Assembly (NCBI GenBank): GCA_963665095.1
Contig: OY762069.1
Location: 2,464,001-2,528,000 of the forward strand
DNA from: an uncultured Desulfobacter sp.
GTDB lineage: Bacteria; Desulfobacterota; Desulfobacteria; Desulfobacterales; Desulfobacteraceae
DNA length: 64,000 nucleotides
Direction: 5' to 3'
In this document: positions 50,982-60,598 of the stretch, piece after piece
Layout: each line of letters starts with the position of its first letter
Position numbering within the stretch: position 1 is the first letter of the stretch
Made by a program: the position numbers and the translations under genes
Notes under the pieces: generated by a model
Database searches by the model: none
What the model was told of the DNA's origin: nothing
What the model saw: the letters and a program-made list of their open reading frames with translations, nothing else

Positions 50982-52571
50982 ATGAGCGAAAACAAAAAAT
51001 TCTGGGAACAGGAGGAAGCACTGCTTGAAGAAAGACGGCAGGCAGCAACGTGGCCGGGGGGGCAGGCAGCGGTGGATACCCTTGCAAAAAGGGGTAAACG
51101 CCCGGCCAGGGACCTGATTGGCGACCTGATTGACCCCGGTACGAGCTTTTTTGAACTCTCCATGCTGGCCGGCTTTGGTGTGGGATATCCCGGGGTGGAG
51201 GATGTCCCGTGCGGCGGCATTATCACGGGTATTGGGAAAATTCACGGCAACTGGACCATGATCATGGCCAGTGACAGCCGGGTAAAGGCCGGCACCTATT
51301 TTCCCATCACACTGAAAAAACATATGCGCGCCCAGGCCATTGCCGAGCGGTGCGGGCTGAACTGCGTATATATTGCCGATTCCGGCGGGGCCTTTCTACC
51401 CATGCAGGCGGAAGTATTCCCAGATGACCAGCATTTCGGCTCCATCTTTTACAACATGGCCAGAATGTCTGCCAAAGGGCTTCGCCAGGTTACCTTAAGC
51501 ACCGGCGGCAACACGGCCGGCGGTGCCTATATCGTGTTCATGGCCTGCGAATCCATCATGATCGACCAGCACTCATTTTCCTTTCTTGGCGGGCCGCCCC
51601 TTGTCAAAATGGCAACCGGTGAAGTAATTTCCGCCGAAGATCTTGGCGGGGCCAAAACCCATACACGGATTTCCGGAGGCGCGGATCACCTATGCGGCGA
51701 CCAGGAGCAAGCCGTACTAAAGGTCAGGGAGCTGCTCTCTTTATCAAAACCCCAGGCCACCCATCTTCACCGGTATGAAGAAAGAGCCCCCCTGGTACCG
51801 GTGGAAACCCTTTATGATGAAATGCCGGCATCCCCGCATCAGGGCATGAACGGCTACAAGGTGCTTGAAGCCCTGGCAGATGATTCCGTGTTTATTGAGG
51901 CAAAAAAGGAGTTCGTCCAGGGGTGCGGCAGCAATATCCTCACCGGAAAAATCAGAATCAAGGGGCTTCCTGTGGGGGTGATTTGCTCAAACGGGGCCGG
52001 CATCATTTTCCATGAAGCCGCCAAAAAAGCAACCGAGTGGATCGTTCGGTGTTCCTATGAAAAGATCCCACTTCTCTTTATCCAGGGATCGCCGGGATAC
52101 ATGATCGGATCAGATTCAGAACATGCCGGTATCGGCAAATACGGGGCAGACATGGTCCGGGCCGTCTCCTGTGCCCAGGTCCCCAAGGTTCAGCTGGTCA
52201 TCGGGCCGGACAACGGGGCTGCTAATTACGGTATGTGCGGAAGGGCCTACCGCCCGGATTTCCTGTTTACTACCATGAGGGGCCGGACAGGTGTCATGAG
52301 CGGGCGAAGCGCTGCCGGTGTTCTTTTGAGCATAGAAAAAGCCAAAAGGATAAAGAAAGGCAATCCCATGACGGAAGAAGAGATCCAGGATTTTCAGCAG
52401 AAAATGATCGACAAGTATGACGGTGAAGCCCATCCGTTTTTCTGTGCATCCCGGCTGCTCAATGACCGGGTGCTGAAATTTTCCGAGATCAGGGACTGGC
52501 TGGCCATGGCGTTTGAAGTCAGCCTGATCAGGCCCATTGATGATCCGACATTTGGAAATTTCCGATTTTAG
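50982..52571 (+). CDS. Acyl-CoA carboxylase carboxyltransferase subunit (methylcrotonyl-CoA carboxylase beta-like)
   Basis: DSGGAFLP, GGNTAGGAY, GGPPLVKMATGE, GAANYGMCGRAY, FGNFRF end. Confidence 0.9.
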   Translation: MSENKKFWEQEEALLEERRQAATWPGGQAAVDTLAKRGKRPARDLIGDLIDPGTSFFELSMLAGFGVGYPGVEDVPCGGIITGIGKIHGNWTMIMASDSRVKAGTYFPITLKKHMRAQAIAERCGLNCVYIADSGGAFLPMQAEVFPDDQHFGSIFYNMARMSAKGLRQVTLSTGGNTAGGAYIVFMACESIMIDQHSFSFLGGPPLVKMATGEVISAEDLGGAKTHTRISGGADHLCGDQEQAVLKVRELLSLSKPQATHLHRYEERAPLVPVETLYDEMPASPHQGMNGYKVLEALADDSVFIEAKKEFVQGCGSNILTGKIRIKGLPVGVICSNGAGIIFHEAAKKATEWIVRCSYEKIPLLFIQGSPGYMIGSDSEHAGIGKYGADMVRAVSCAQVPKVQLVIGPDNGAANYGMCGRAYRPDFLFTTMRGRTGVMSGRSAAGVLLSIEKAKRIKKGNPMTEEEIQDFQQKMIDKYDGEAHPFFCASRLLNDRVLKFSEIRDWLAMAFEVSLIRPIDDPTFGNFRF

Positions 52572-52612
52572 CCGCTTTTTAATTTAAAAATATAATGACC
52601 AGGAGAAACCAC

Positions 52613-53779
52613 ATGACAGAGTATGATTACTGGAAAATTTTTCCAAGAATGCCCAGGAAAGTAACCATCGGTGACATAACGATACGTGACGGATTCCAGC
52701 ATGAAGAGAAATTTATCTCCACTGCAGCTAAAAAGTATTATCTGGAAGAATTGATTTTTGCCGGGTGCCGGAATATTGAAGTGACGAATCTTGGCAATGC
52801 CCACATCATGCCGCAGTTCAGCGATGCTGAAATACTTCTGGCCCATTTGAGATCGGATCGGTTTCGTCAGAAATGTGAACGCAAAGGGATTAACTACGAT
52901 GAGATCTGTCTAACTGCTGTAACGATTCGTGAAAAAGCGGTTGACAGGGCCATTGAATTGAAAAAGAAGGGTGTCGGACCGGACCGGCTGCTGATGATGG
53001 TATCCACGGAGGAAGAGCATCATTTTGCCAATTCAGGCACCACTTTGCCGGACTATTGGGCTGAGTGCGAACGAGCAATAAAAAAATGCAATGACGCAGG
53101 GCTTAAGATGTGCGGCACGGTGAGTACCATCTGGGGCAGCCCCATTGGCGGGGCAACGGATTTGAAAGATGCGGTTGAGTTTTCCAAACGGTGGCTTGAA
53201 ATAGGTGCCTCTGATATCGAGCATGCGGATCACGATGGAAGCGCATCTGCTGCGGATGTTTACAGATACTTTTCAATGGTGCTGGATGAAATGCCTGATA
53301 CCAGCCTTCATATCGCCCACTTTCATGAAACCAAACGGGTGACATCTGCATCAGTGCTTGCAGCACTTCAGGCGGGAATCACCCATTTTGAGGCCACCCT
53401 GGGGGGCCTGGGCGGACAGCCCGCCAACTTCATGGACGACACGCCGGTCAAGGGAACCGGGGATTACTATTATGACGACCCAAGGTATGTGGGCCTGGTC
53501 TGCCTGGAAGATACCCTGGTCCAGATTGACGAACTGGGCATTGAGCATGGCTGGGACGTTGACAAGGTTCTTGTTCTGGGCCGCCAGATGGAAAGAACCA
53601 TTGGCCGGCGCCTGCGTTCCGATGTGATTTATAACGGAAGAACCTTGAAAGACGGTCATATGGAGTATGCACGCCCCGGACTTGCCAGACGAAAAGAAAA
53701 CCTGGGGGAAACACCGGGACAGACACTGCCGGGTGAATGGAAAAAGAACGCTGTACTCCCTGAAAAGTACAGACCATAG
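52613..53779 (+). CDS. HMG-CoA lyase-like DRE-TIM protein
   Basis: IGDITIRDGFQ, HFHET, TLGGLGG; context next to the hydratase and carboxylase. Confidence 0.8.
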   Translation: MTEYDYWKIFPRMPRKVTIGDITIRDGFQHEEKFISTAAKKYYLEELIFAGCRNIEVTNLGNAHIMPQFSDAEILLAHLRSDRFRQKCERKGINYDEICLTAVTIREKAVDRAIELKKKGVGPDRLLMMVSTEEEHHFANSGTTLPDYWAECERAIKKCNDAGLKMCGTVSTIWGSPIGGATDLKDAVEFSKRWLEIGASDIEHADHDGSASAADVYRYFSMVLDEMPDTSLHIAHFHETKRVTSASVLAALQAGITHFEATLGGLGGQPANFMDDTPVKGTGDYYYDDPRYVGLVCLEDTLVQIDELGIEHGWDVDKVLVLGRQMERTIGRRLRSDVIYNGRTLKDGHMEYARPGLARRKENLGETPGQTLPGEWKKNAVLPEKYRP

Positions 53780-53815
53780 CAAATAACCAATTCATTTTTA
53801 AGAAAGGATCGTTCA

Positions 53816-53975
53816 ATAAGTAAAGAAATTTTAGCGCCAATGCCGGGAACCATCGTCAAAGTAAATGTGGAAACCGGTCAGAATGTTGCTGAAGGCGAAA
53901 AATTGTTAATTCTTGAAGCCATGAAAATGGAGAACCCCGTTGTATCTACGGAAAGCGGCATAATAAAAAATATCG
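53816..53975 (+). pseudogene. Biotin carboxyl carrier protein truncated by IS66
   Basis: Manual translation (ATA)[41 protein letters not shown] with the biotinylation motif AMKM; ATA sits where ATG is expected after SD AAAGGA; ends at the IS66 terminus. Confidence 0.85.
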
Positions 53976-55227
53976 GTAACTATTCAGCTCCCCTGAACAA
54001 GATTATACTATCTTGAGGTACCTCGGAATCACTCATGTAGAAAATCCGGCAGGTGGCCTTCAAATAAAATCCGCAACGCCTCAGTTGCTCTCATTCCATG
54101 TTTTTTACACGTTGACAGATAACTGCGAATTCGACAAAAAATTGCAGCGCCCTCTGTTGAACGAAAACAGCCGGATATTTTTTGCTGAACTTTTGTCATC
54201 CTGGTGTCGTTTTCGCCCAGGTTATTGGTAAAGGGGACATGCCCGTCATCCATAAAGCGGAGGGTTTCTGTTTCATAATCAATCAACCGCTCCAGAATAT
54301 TTCTTGCTTTGGATCGTTTTGTTCGGCCCCGCTTGTTTTTTCTTTTGCTTTCATCGGGAGGCGGGCATTCAATCTGGGCCTTGTCCAGCCGGTCCCGGTA
54401 TTGTTGTCGATATTTCCGGGATTCTGCCGTTTCCAGTTGCCCTCCGGCATTATCTACCGCTTGATTAATCTGCAATAAGAGATCTCTTATGTCCCTGGCC
54501 CATTCCTGGTTGTCCTGATCCCAGGCCCTTTCAAGCTCCCTGAGGTGATAGGCATTACACAGGGCATGCTGGCAGTCAAACCTGAAATACGGTTTCCAGT
54601 GATCATGACAGAGGACCCCGTTGAAATGAGGCAATATTCCCATCGCTTCCATGGCCTCTAAACCTCTTTTTTCATGGGGAAGATAATAACTCCATAAAGG
54701 ATTGGATACACAATGCAGCCAAACCCGTTTCCCATTGATATTGATACCGGTCTCATCTGCATGACAAAGGCCGGACGCAATCAATTTTGATTTAACCATG
54801 GCTTCAAAAGCCTCAAGTTTATGATAGGCATCATAGTTGAAGTTGAAAACCGTCCCTGCGCTGATCGAAATTTTTACCTGATCCTGAAAGTCCTCTTCAA
54901 TTCGCTTATACGGCACCAACTGATATTGCGACATATACACGGAATGTACTTTTACATCAATACCATATTGTACCGGGCGATTAATCCCTTCGGGAAAGGG
55001 ATCTGTGTATCGTTTCCCCTTTGGAAGTTTTTTTCTGTCTACAGGGATATTCTCGATTTGATCAGGGGTATCAAATTTTCGAAGGGTGGTTCCAACATGT
55101 CCGTTTTGTCCTCCGGGTTTACGGGGGGCCAGGTTTCTTCTTTTTCTTTTCCCGGTTGGGGTCTGATGAAGGATATGGCTGGCCATTCATCTGTCGGCTA
55201 AAAACCAGTGGATCTCATGATATCCGT
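53976..55227 (-). mobile_element. IS66-family element (right end plus transposase ORF 54029-55186, 5' truncated)
   Basis: Terminal GTAACTATTCAGC at 53976; HADETG, HDHWKPY, CNAYHLREL, PFTNNLGEND.RMTKVQQKISGCFRS. Confidence 0.9.
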
Positions 55228-55401
55228 CGGACAGCTGAAGCCCAACCCAAGCAGAAAAAGAAACGCCGGTCCGGACAAAAACTGTAAACCTTGGTTATCG
55301 AACTCAGGCAGCATTGTGACAAAAGCAAGTTTGCCGCAAGTTGACTTTTTTATCCCAGCAAAGGGCTGCCTGTTCGCAGGAGAGTGTTGGAAAATATCAT
55401 G

Positions 55402-55635
55402 TTAGCTTTTCAATATTTGAGCGATCTGCTCATCCCGTTCCTCTTGTGTGATGTATAGTTTTATTCTTATGTCAAATATTTTTGCTTTCCGTTCATTTCT
55501 TCTGAAAACGGCCTGTTCTGCTTCCATTCCGGAGAAGGCACAGGACACAGTAGATCCTCTTTGGCGAAGACGCTGGGCAAGGGTTTCAATAAAGGGTTTT
55601 TCATCATCGACAAGTAAAAAACTAATTGGGATCAT
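55402..55635 (-). pseudogene. Response regulator receiver with internal deletion
   Basis: LLVDDEKPFIETLAQRL...AFSGMEA joined directly to the C-terminal helix; the phospho-Asp strand is missing. Confidence 0.7.
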
Positions 55636-55750
55636 ATACCATCCCCCTCCGATCACCTCATGGATAAAAAGCCAATGTATAATGGTTTTCAGGCAGACCT
55701 GATAACCGGCTCCAGTACTGAAGCCAGGTGTTTTTCACTTTGATCTGGCA

Positions 55751-56524
55751 CTAACGGGCCACAATAATTTTCAGGCCGGCTGCCTCAAGTTCCTCTTTCA
55801 CCCCTTTTTTGATGCCGGCATCGGTGATAAGGATATCTACTTTTTTAATGGGGGCGGTCACGAAGTTGGAGACCACGCCTATTTTGCTGGAATCCGCCAC
55901 AACAATAACCGGTCCGGAAGTCTGATCAATCATGAGTCGGGCCACGGCTGCCTCCTCCTGGACAGGTGTGGTCAGCCCGTATTTAATGCTGACGCCGTCC
56001 ACACCGATGATGGCCTTGCTGCCGCAGACATTTTTAAGGGTATTATGGGCCAGATCCCCGATCAGGGAGTTGGACTGACGACGGTACTGGCCGCCGGTGA
56101 GAATGACTTCGATATCTGGATTTTCAATTTCAGCCAGGGCATTGGCATTGCTGGTGATGATGCGGATGTCTCTGCCGCTTATGTGGCGCAGCACCTGGGA
56201 GTTGGTGGACCCGGTGTTGATCAGTACGGTATCGCCGGCCTCAATAAGCTGGTTGGCTGCGAGACCGATCTTCTCTTTTTGCAGCCGTTGCGTCTGGTCC
56301 TTTTCCGAGTATAAATATTCCCCTTTCACCCGCCGTCTGAGGATGGCCCCGCCGTGGGTCCGTTCCAGGATGCCCTTTTTTTCAAGTTTGCCGAAATCCC
56401 GCCGGATGGTCAGTTCCGTCACTTGGAACAGCTGGCTGAGTTCCGCCACTTTGACGATTCCCTTTTCCTCAATAAGGCTCTGAATTCTGGACTGGCGGTC
56501 TAATGGTATGAGGGACTGGGGCAT
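55751..56524 (-). CDS. DeoR/GlpR-family transcriptional regulator
   Basis: VTELTIRRD, RTHGGA, NTGST, VADSSK. Confidence 0.93.
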   Translation of the reverse strand: MPQSLIPLDRQSRIQSLIEEKGIVKVAELSQLFQVTELTIRRDFGKLEKKGILERTHGGAILRRRVKGEYLYSEKDQTQRLQKEKIGLAANQLIEAGDTVLINTGSTNSQVLRHISGRDIRIITSNANALAEIENPDIEVILTGGQYRRQSNSLIGDLAHNTLKNVCGSKAIIGVDGVSIKYGLTTPVQEEAAVARLMIDQTSGPVIVVADSSKIGVVSNFVTAPIKKVDILITDAGIKKGVKEELEAAGLKIIVAR

Positions 56525-56635
56525 GCTGGATTCCTTTAGGCCAAATGAAAAACATATAGCAGAAATCAGCGTTTGGAATCAATCCCCCCATCACCGGCAT
56601 AAAATTTAATTAGTGCCTGAACGCCCTCCCGTGTT

Positions 56636-56780
56636 TGGTGTTTGGACGAACAGTTGCCCGGATGCAAGGCGCAAGCAACGCTGCAACCGCAAGCGTACTT
56701 TAGTACGTGAGGCCCTATGATATGATTTGGCAGCTTTGTGCAGCAATGCCGCAGGAAGGTGACTGTTCGTTCAAACACTA
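56636..56780. repeat. Palindromic MITE/REP-like element
   Basis: Terminal inverted arms TGGTGTTTGGACGAACAGT ... ACTGTTCGTTCAAACACTA; internal GATGCAAGGCGC, GCGTAC..GTACGTGAG, GCAATGCCGCAG. Confidence 0.7.
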
Positions 56781-56781
56781 A

Positions 56782-58323
56782 TTAAAATTTAACAATGGTG
56801 GGGGCCAGGGCTGTCACCATGGTGGCAATGTCTTCAATGCTGGCATTAGAACACTGGACCTCCCTGGTCCCTTCAATGGCAGCGGTTTCAACATTCACTA
56901 TTTTGGTGGTTAATATTAAAAGGCTGCCCAGTTTATTGAGGCTGCCCAGAAGGATGTATTTTGCATTGAGCTGTTTGCCAATGGAAATCGCATCATCGGT
57001 GGTCAGTCCGCTCATCTGGTAGTTGAGCTCATTTAAGACGTTATCAATCTGATTTCTCTCAATCAGATCAACCTGGGGGCTGTTTCCCAGCTTGGATTCC
57101 AGAAGATAGGTGGCGGTTTTGGAGATATCTTCAGGCACGCCTAAATGGTCAAAATGAATCACGGCAAGTTTGCGTTTTTCACCAAACTGGATAATGGGCT
57201 GGGTCGGGGTGGTGATCTTAATGGCACTGCCAAAGCTGGAGGCCTGCTGGGTCTGCACCTGGGTACCATAGTTAAAGCGCTCGAATCCGGTAACCCCTGA
57301 CACCTTGTACAGGCTGACAATGGAAGACTTTTTGGACTTCTGCCATGCAACCGTGAGCCACTGGCCGTTTCTGGCAGAATTAAGGATAGAGACATCTCCG
57401 TCAACATCCTTGTTCTGCTCGATAATGCCTGAATTCAGGTTCCAGATGGAAATTCTTTTTTTGCGCAGGGATGAGTTATCTGTGATGATATATTTTTTAT
57501 CCGGGGTGATACTGAAACTGTTAATCTGACTTTTGTTCCCCTCCAGGATTTCAATTTCAGAGCCGGTCTTCCACTCATAAAAGACGAGGTTATATTTAAA
57601 ATTCATGCCTTTGCGGCCCAGGCGGGTTTCCTGGTAGCCGATACCAATAATCTGCCTGTCGGCACTGCACAGTGCGGTTTTCAGTTCAATTCCGGAATCT
57701 CCCATTGTGGAGGGCTGGATCTCCCCTTGGCGAACAATGCGAAGGTTCAGCGGATTCCAGAAGATCATTTTATTGTCATACCCAATGGACACCACTTCAT
57801 CACCATTCAGATTAAAATCCAAAAAGACAATCCCTTTCCGATGTCCGTTCTTCATACTGCCTTTGGGTTGACCGCCGGGAAACTCGTATAAATAAATTTC
57901 CCGGCGCTCCCCACCCACTGCAAGCGTGCGGTCATCAGGGCTCAGTGTTACCTGACTGATGGATTTTCCAAAATGGCGGCTTTCAGAAATCCTGTTTCCG
58001 GAATACAGATCCCAGACACAGACCCGGCCATCCTGCGCACCAGTTATCAGATAGCGATTTTTGGAATCAAAGGAGATATCTGTCACTCTTTTATTATGCC
58101 CTGCCAGCTCATGCAACTTGCGATTGGCCTGAACATCCCACAAAAGGACCTTGCCTTCATGGGTGCCAATGGATAAAAAGCGGCCGTCAGGGCTTGTCTG
58201 CAAGCAACTGACGGCCCGGGTGTCAATGGACAGATTCTGTTCCAGATACATGTTCATTTCACCTGAAGCATTTTCAATAAATACCATCAGGAGAATCAAC
58301 AGGCTGATAAATGTTTGTTTCAT
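56782..58323 (-). CDS. Secreted WD40-repeat protein with C-terminal CsgG/TolB-N-like domain
   Basis: Signal peptide; GH...WD repeats; LIERNQIDNVLNEL..QMSGL...IGKQLNAKYILLGS. Confidence 0.8.
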   Translation of the reverse strand: MKQTFISLLILLMVFIENASGEMNMYLEQNLSIDTRAVSCLQTSPDGRFLSIGTHEGKVLLWDVQANRKLHELAGHNKRVTDISFDSKNRYLITGAQDGRVCVWDLYSGNRISESRHFGKSISQVTLSPDDRTLAVGGERREIYLYEFPGGQPKGSMKNGHRKGIVFLDFNLNGDEVVSIGYDNKMIFWNPLNLRIVRQGEIQPSTMGDSGIELKTALCSADRQIIGIGYQETRLGRKGMNFKYNLVFYEWKTGSEIEILEGNKSQINSFSITPDKKYIITDNSSLRKKRISIWNLNSGIIEQNKDVDGDVSILNSARNGQWLTVAWQKSKKSSIVSLYKVSGVTGFERFNYGTQVQTQQASSFGSAIKITTPTQPIIQFGEKRKLAVIHFDHLGVPEDISKTATYLLESKLGNSPQVDLIERNQIDNVLNELNYQMSGLTTDDAISIGKQLNAKYILLGSLNKLGSLLILTTKIVNVETAAIEGTREVQCSNASIEDIATMVTALAPTIVKF

Positions 58324-58346
58324 TAAACCTTAACCATGTTCAGGCG

Positions 58347-58868
58347 TTAAAAAACATAGGAAATACCGGAGACCACCATCATCATGCCGTTGTCGTCGTC
58401 AGCAAAAAAATTTTGACCATAGTTGATGGATGTATCCAGAGATAGATTCTCTGTAAAGAATATATTCACCCCAAACCCCACTTGAATATACGTGTAATCC
58501 TGAAGGTCCTCATTATCTTCCGTATCGAATTTCTGCTGATAGATAGAGGCTTTTAAATAGGGAATGGTTTGTTTTTTCACACTGAAATTGAACTTGGTGA
58601 ACAGCTCAGTGCTGAAGTCAGTTTCTTCATCCCCGTCAACAGTGGTGATGGTAATGCCGGGTGCAAGCCCCACCAGCCAGTTTGCCGAGGCATAATACCC
58701 AAAACGCAGATTAATATTTCCCGATGAGAAATCGCTGTCAGAGTTCACTGTGGAAAAATAGGTTGCAAAGGCTGCGACTTCTTTGTCCCCGGCTTCAATC
58801 ACGTCGTTTCCGGCCATTACGGTGTGAGGAAAGGCAATTAAAAGCAAAATAATAAGTAGTTTACGCAT
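58347..58868 (-). CDS. Outer-membrane beta-barrel protein
   Basis: Signal peptide, alternating strands, C-terminal GISYVF. Confidence 0.75.
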   Translation of the reverse strand: MRKLLIILLLIAFPHTVMAGNDVIEAGDKEVAAFATYFSTVNSDSDFSSGNINLRFGYYASANWLVGLAPGITITTVDGDEETDFSTELFTKFNFSVKKQTIPYLKASIYQQKFDTEDNEDLQDYTYIQVGFGVNIFFTENLSLDTSINYGQNFFADDDNGMMMVVSGISYVF

Positions 58869-59017
58869 GATACCCCCTTTGAAATAAAAAAATTAGATTA
58901 ATCGACATTTCATTACATGTCGGAATTGCTGTGAACATATTGTCAATATCTCTTGTCGCCATAGGATATAGAAGTCTACTTATAAAATATTTTTGAATAA
59001 TTCAACATATAAAACGA

Positions 59018-60598
59018 TTAACCGTTATTAAGCTGTCTGAACAATGATCTGTTTTTCCGGTAAAACCGCAGAAACACCTTGTAAAGCGAGTCATAAATTT
59101 TGCGATGCGCCGGATTTGGCACAAATGTCTTACGGATTCCGGTCAGGCCGGGGATATCATCAAAGGTGATATGGCCAAGGCCCACTGAAGCAATCAGTGC
59201 GGCACCCCGGGCATTTGCCTGCCTGGGGTTTTCCACCTGCCGGATTTCCCTGTTCAGCACATCGGCAAAGATCGTGCACCACACTTCAGACTGTGCACCG
59301 CCGCCAATGAAGTTGATAACAGACAGGGGACGACCGATAAATTTCTCCACATGGCGCAGACTCCAGCAGGTATTATAGGCCACACCTTCCATGACCGCAC
59401 GGATCATGTGGTCCTGGTTGGTGGTTTTGGAAATATTGAAAAAACAACCCCGCAAAAAAGTATTATCCACCGGAGTCCGTTCGCCATTGAGCCAGGGCAG
59501 GTATATCAATTGGCGACATCCTGCAGGCACGGCCCCGGCAATGGCGTCAAGATGCGGGTACGGGTCAGCACAGGAACAATTTTTCAAGGCGTTATTGTGA
59601 AACAGGATGTTGTCAAAAAGATGGGCAAGGCAGCCGCCGGCCATGTCCTGCTCATTAACGGACTGGTACCTGCCGGGGATGGCTGTGGGAAACGAGGCAA
59701 TGGAATGAAGTACATCGGTCTTTTTAAAAGGAATCACCGCCTGCACCCAGGAAGAGGTGCCGATATACAGATGGCCTGAAAAATCCTTTACAGCCCCGGC
59801 CCCGATACAGGCGGTCTGGTGGTCCGGAGAAGAGCACACCACCTTTACTTTGTCATTCAGCCCCATGGCAGCGGCCACCTCTTTTTTCAAAGTGCCGATA
59901 ATATCGGTGGCCGCAGTCATGGGCGGCAGCTTGTCCTTTGAAATCCCCAGCAGCGAAATCAGGGTGTCATCATAGACAATATTATGGCTGTCCCGGATAT
60001 CTGATACCCAGAAAAGCTGCATGGAGTCATAGGAAGCAGTAAACGCGCCCGTAAGCTTCAAATTCAGGAAATCCTTGCTGGGCAGAAACATGCGGGTCTT
60101 TTCGTAGACGTGGGGAAATTCGTTTTTAATCAGCAGCACATGGGCGATATCATCCTTGCCGGAAAGGGTTGGCCCGCCTCCGGTCTTTGGAATCCAGCGC
60201 ATGAGTCTGGAAATCTTGTACCCTGCCACACTGGGGTACCCGCCCATGATTTTTTTCACATGCCCTGCCCCCCTGGAATCCATCCATGTCAGGGCCGGCA
60301 TAAGATGACGGCCGTTCTGGTCCACCGCCACAGTGGTTGAAAATGTGCTGGAAACAGCAATGGCCTCAATGGCCTCTGCGGGAACCGTCTTCCTGGCCAC
60401 CAGCCGCCCGCAGGCTGTTATCAGCGCCTGCCACCATGCCTCCGGGTCCTGTTCCGCCCCGCCGCCGGCAATAAAATGGATGGCTGTCTTCTCATATTCG
60501 TAATCCACGACCCTGCCATGGATAGATACAATGGCGGCCTTAATTCCTGAAGTGCCGTGGTCAATGGCCAGAATATATCTGCTGTTCTTCTGCTTCAT
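59018..60598 (-). CDS. FGGY-family carbohydrate kinase (xylulokinase-like)
   Basis: LAIDHGTSGIK, EQDP..WW, WMDSR, YIGTSSW, PWLNGERTP, GGGAQS. Confidence 0.9.
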   Translation of the reverse strand: MKQKNSRYILAIDHGTSGIKAAIVSIHGRVVDYEYEKTAIHFIAGGGAEQDPEAWWQALITACGRLVARKTVPAEAIEAIAVSSTFSTTVAVDQNGRHLMPALTWMDSRGAGHVKKIMGGYPSVAGYKISRLMRWIPKTGGGPTLSGKDDIAHVLLIKNEFPHVYEKTRMFLPSKDFLNLKLTGAFTASYDSMQLFWVSDIRDSHNIVYDDTLISLLGISKDKLPPMTAATDIIGTLKKEVAAAMGLNDKVKVVCSSPDHQTACIGAGAVKDFSGHLYIGTSSWVQAVIPFKKTDVLHSIASFPTAIPGRYQSVNEQDMAGGCLAHLFDNILFHNNALKNCSCADPYPHLDAIAGAVPAGCRQLIYLPWLNGERTPVDNTFLRGCFFNISKTTNQDHMIRAVMEGVAYNTCWSLRHVEKFIGRPLSVINFIGGGAQSEVWCTIFADVLNREIRQVENPRQANARGAALIASVGLGHITFDDIPGLTGIRKTFVPNPAHRKIYDSLYKVFLRFYRKNRSLFRQLNNG

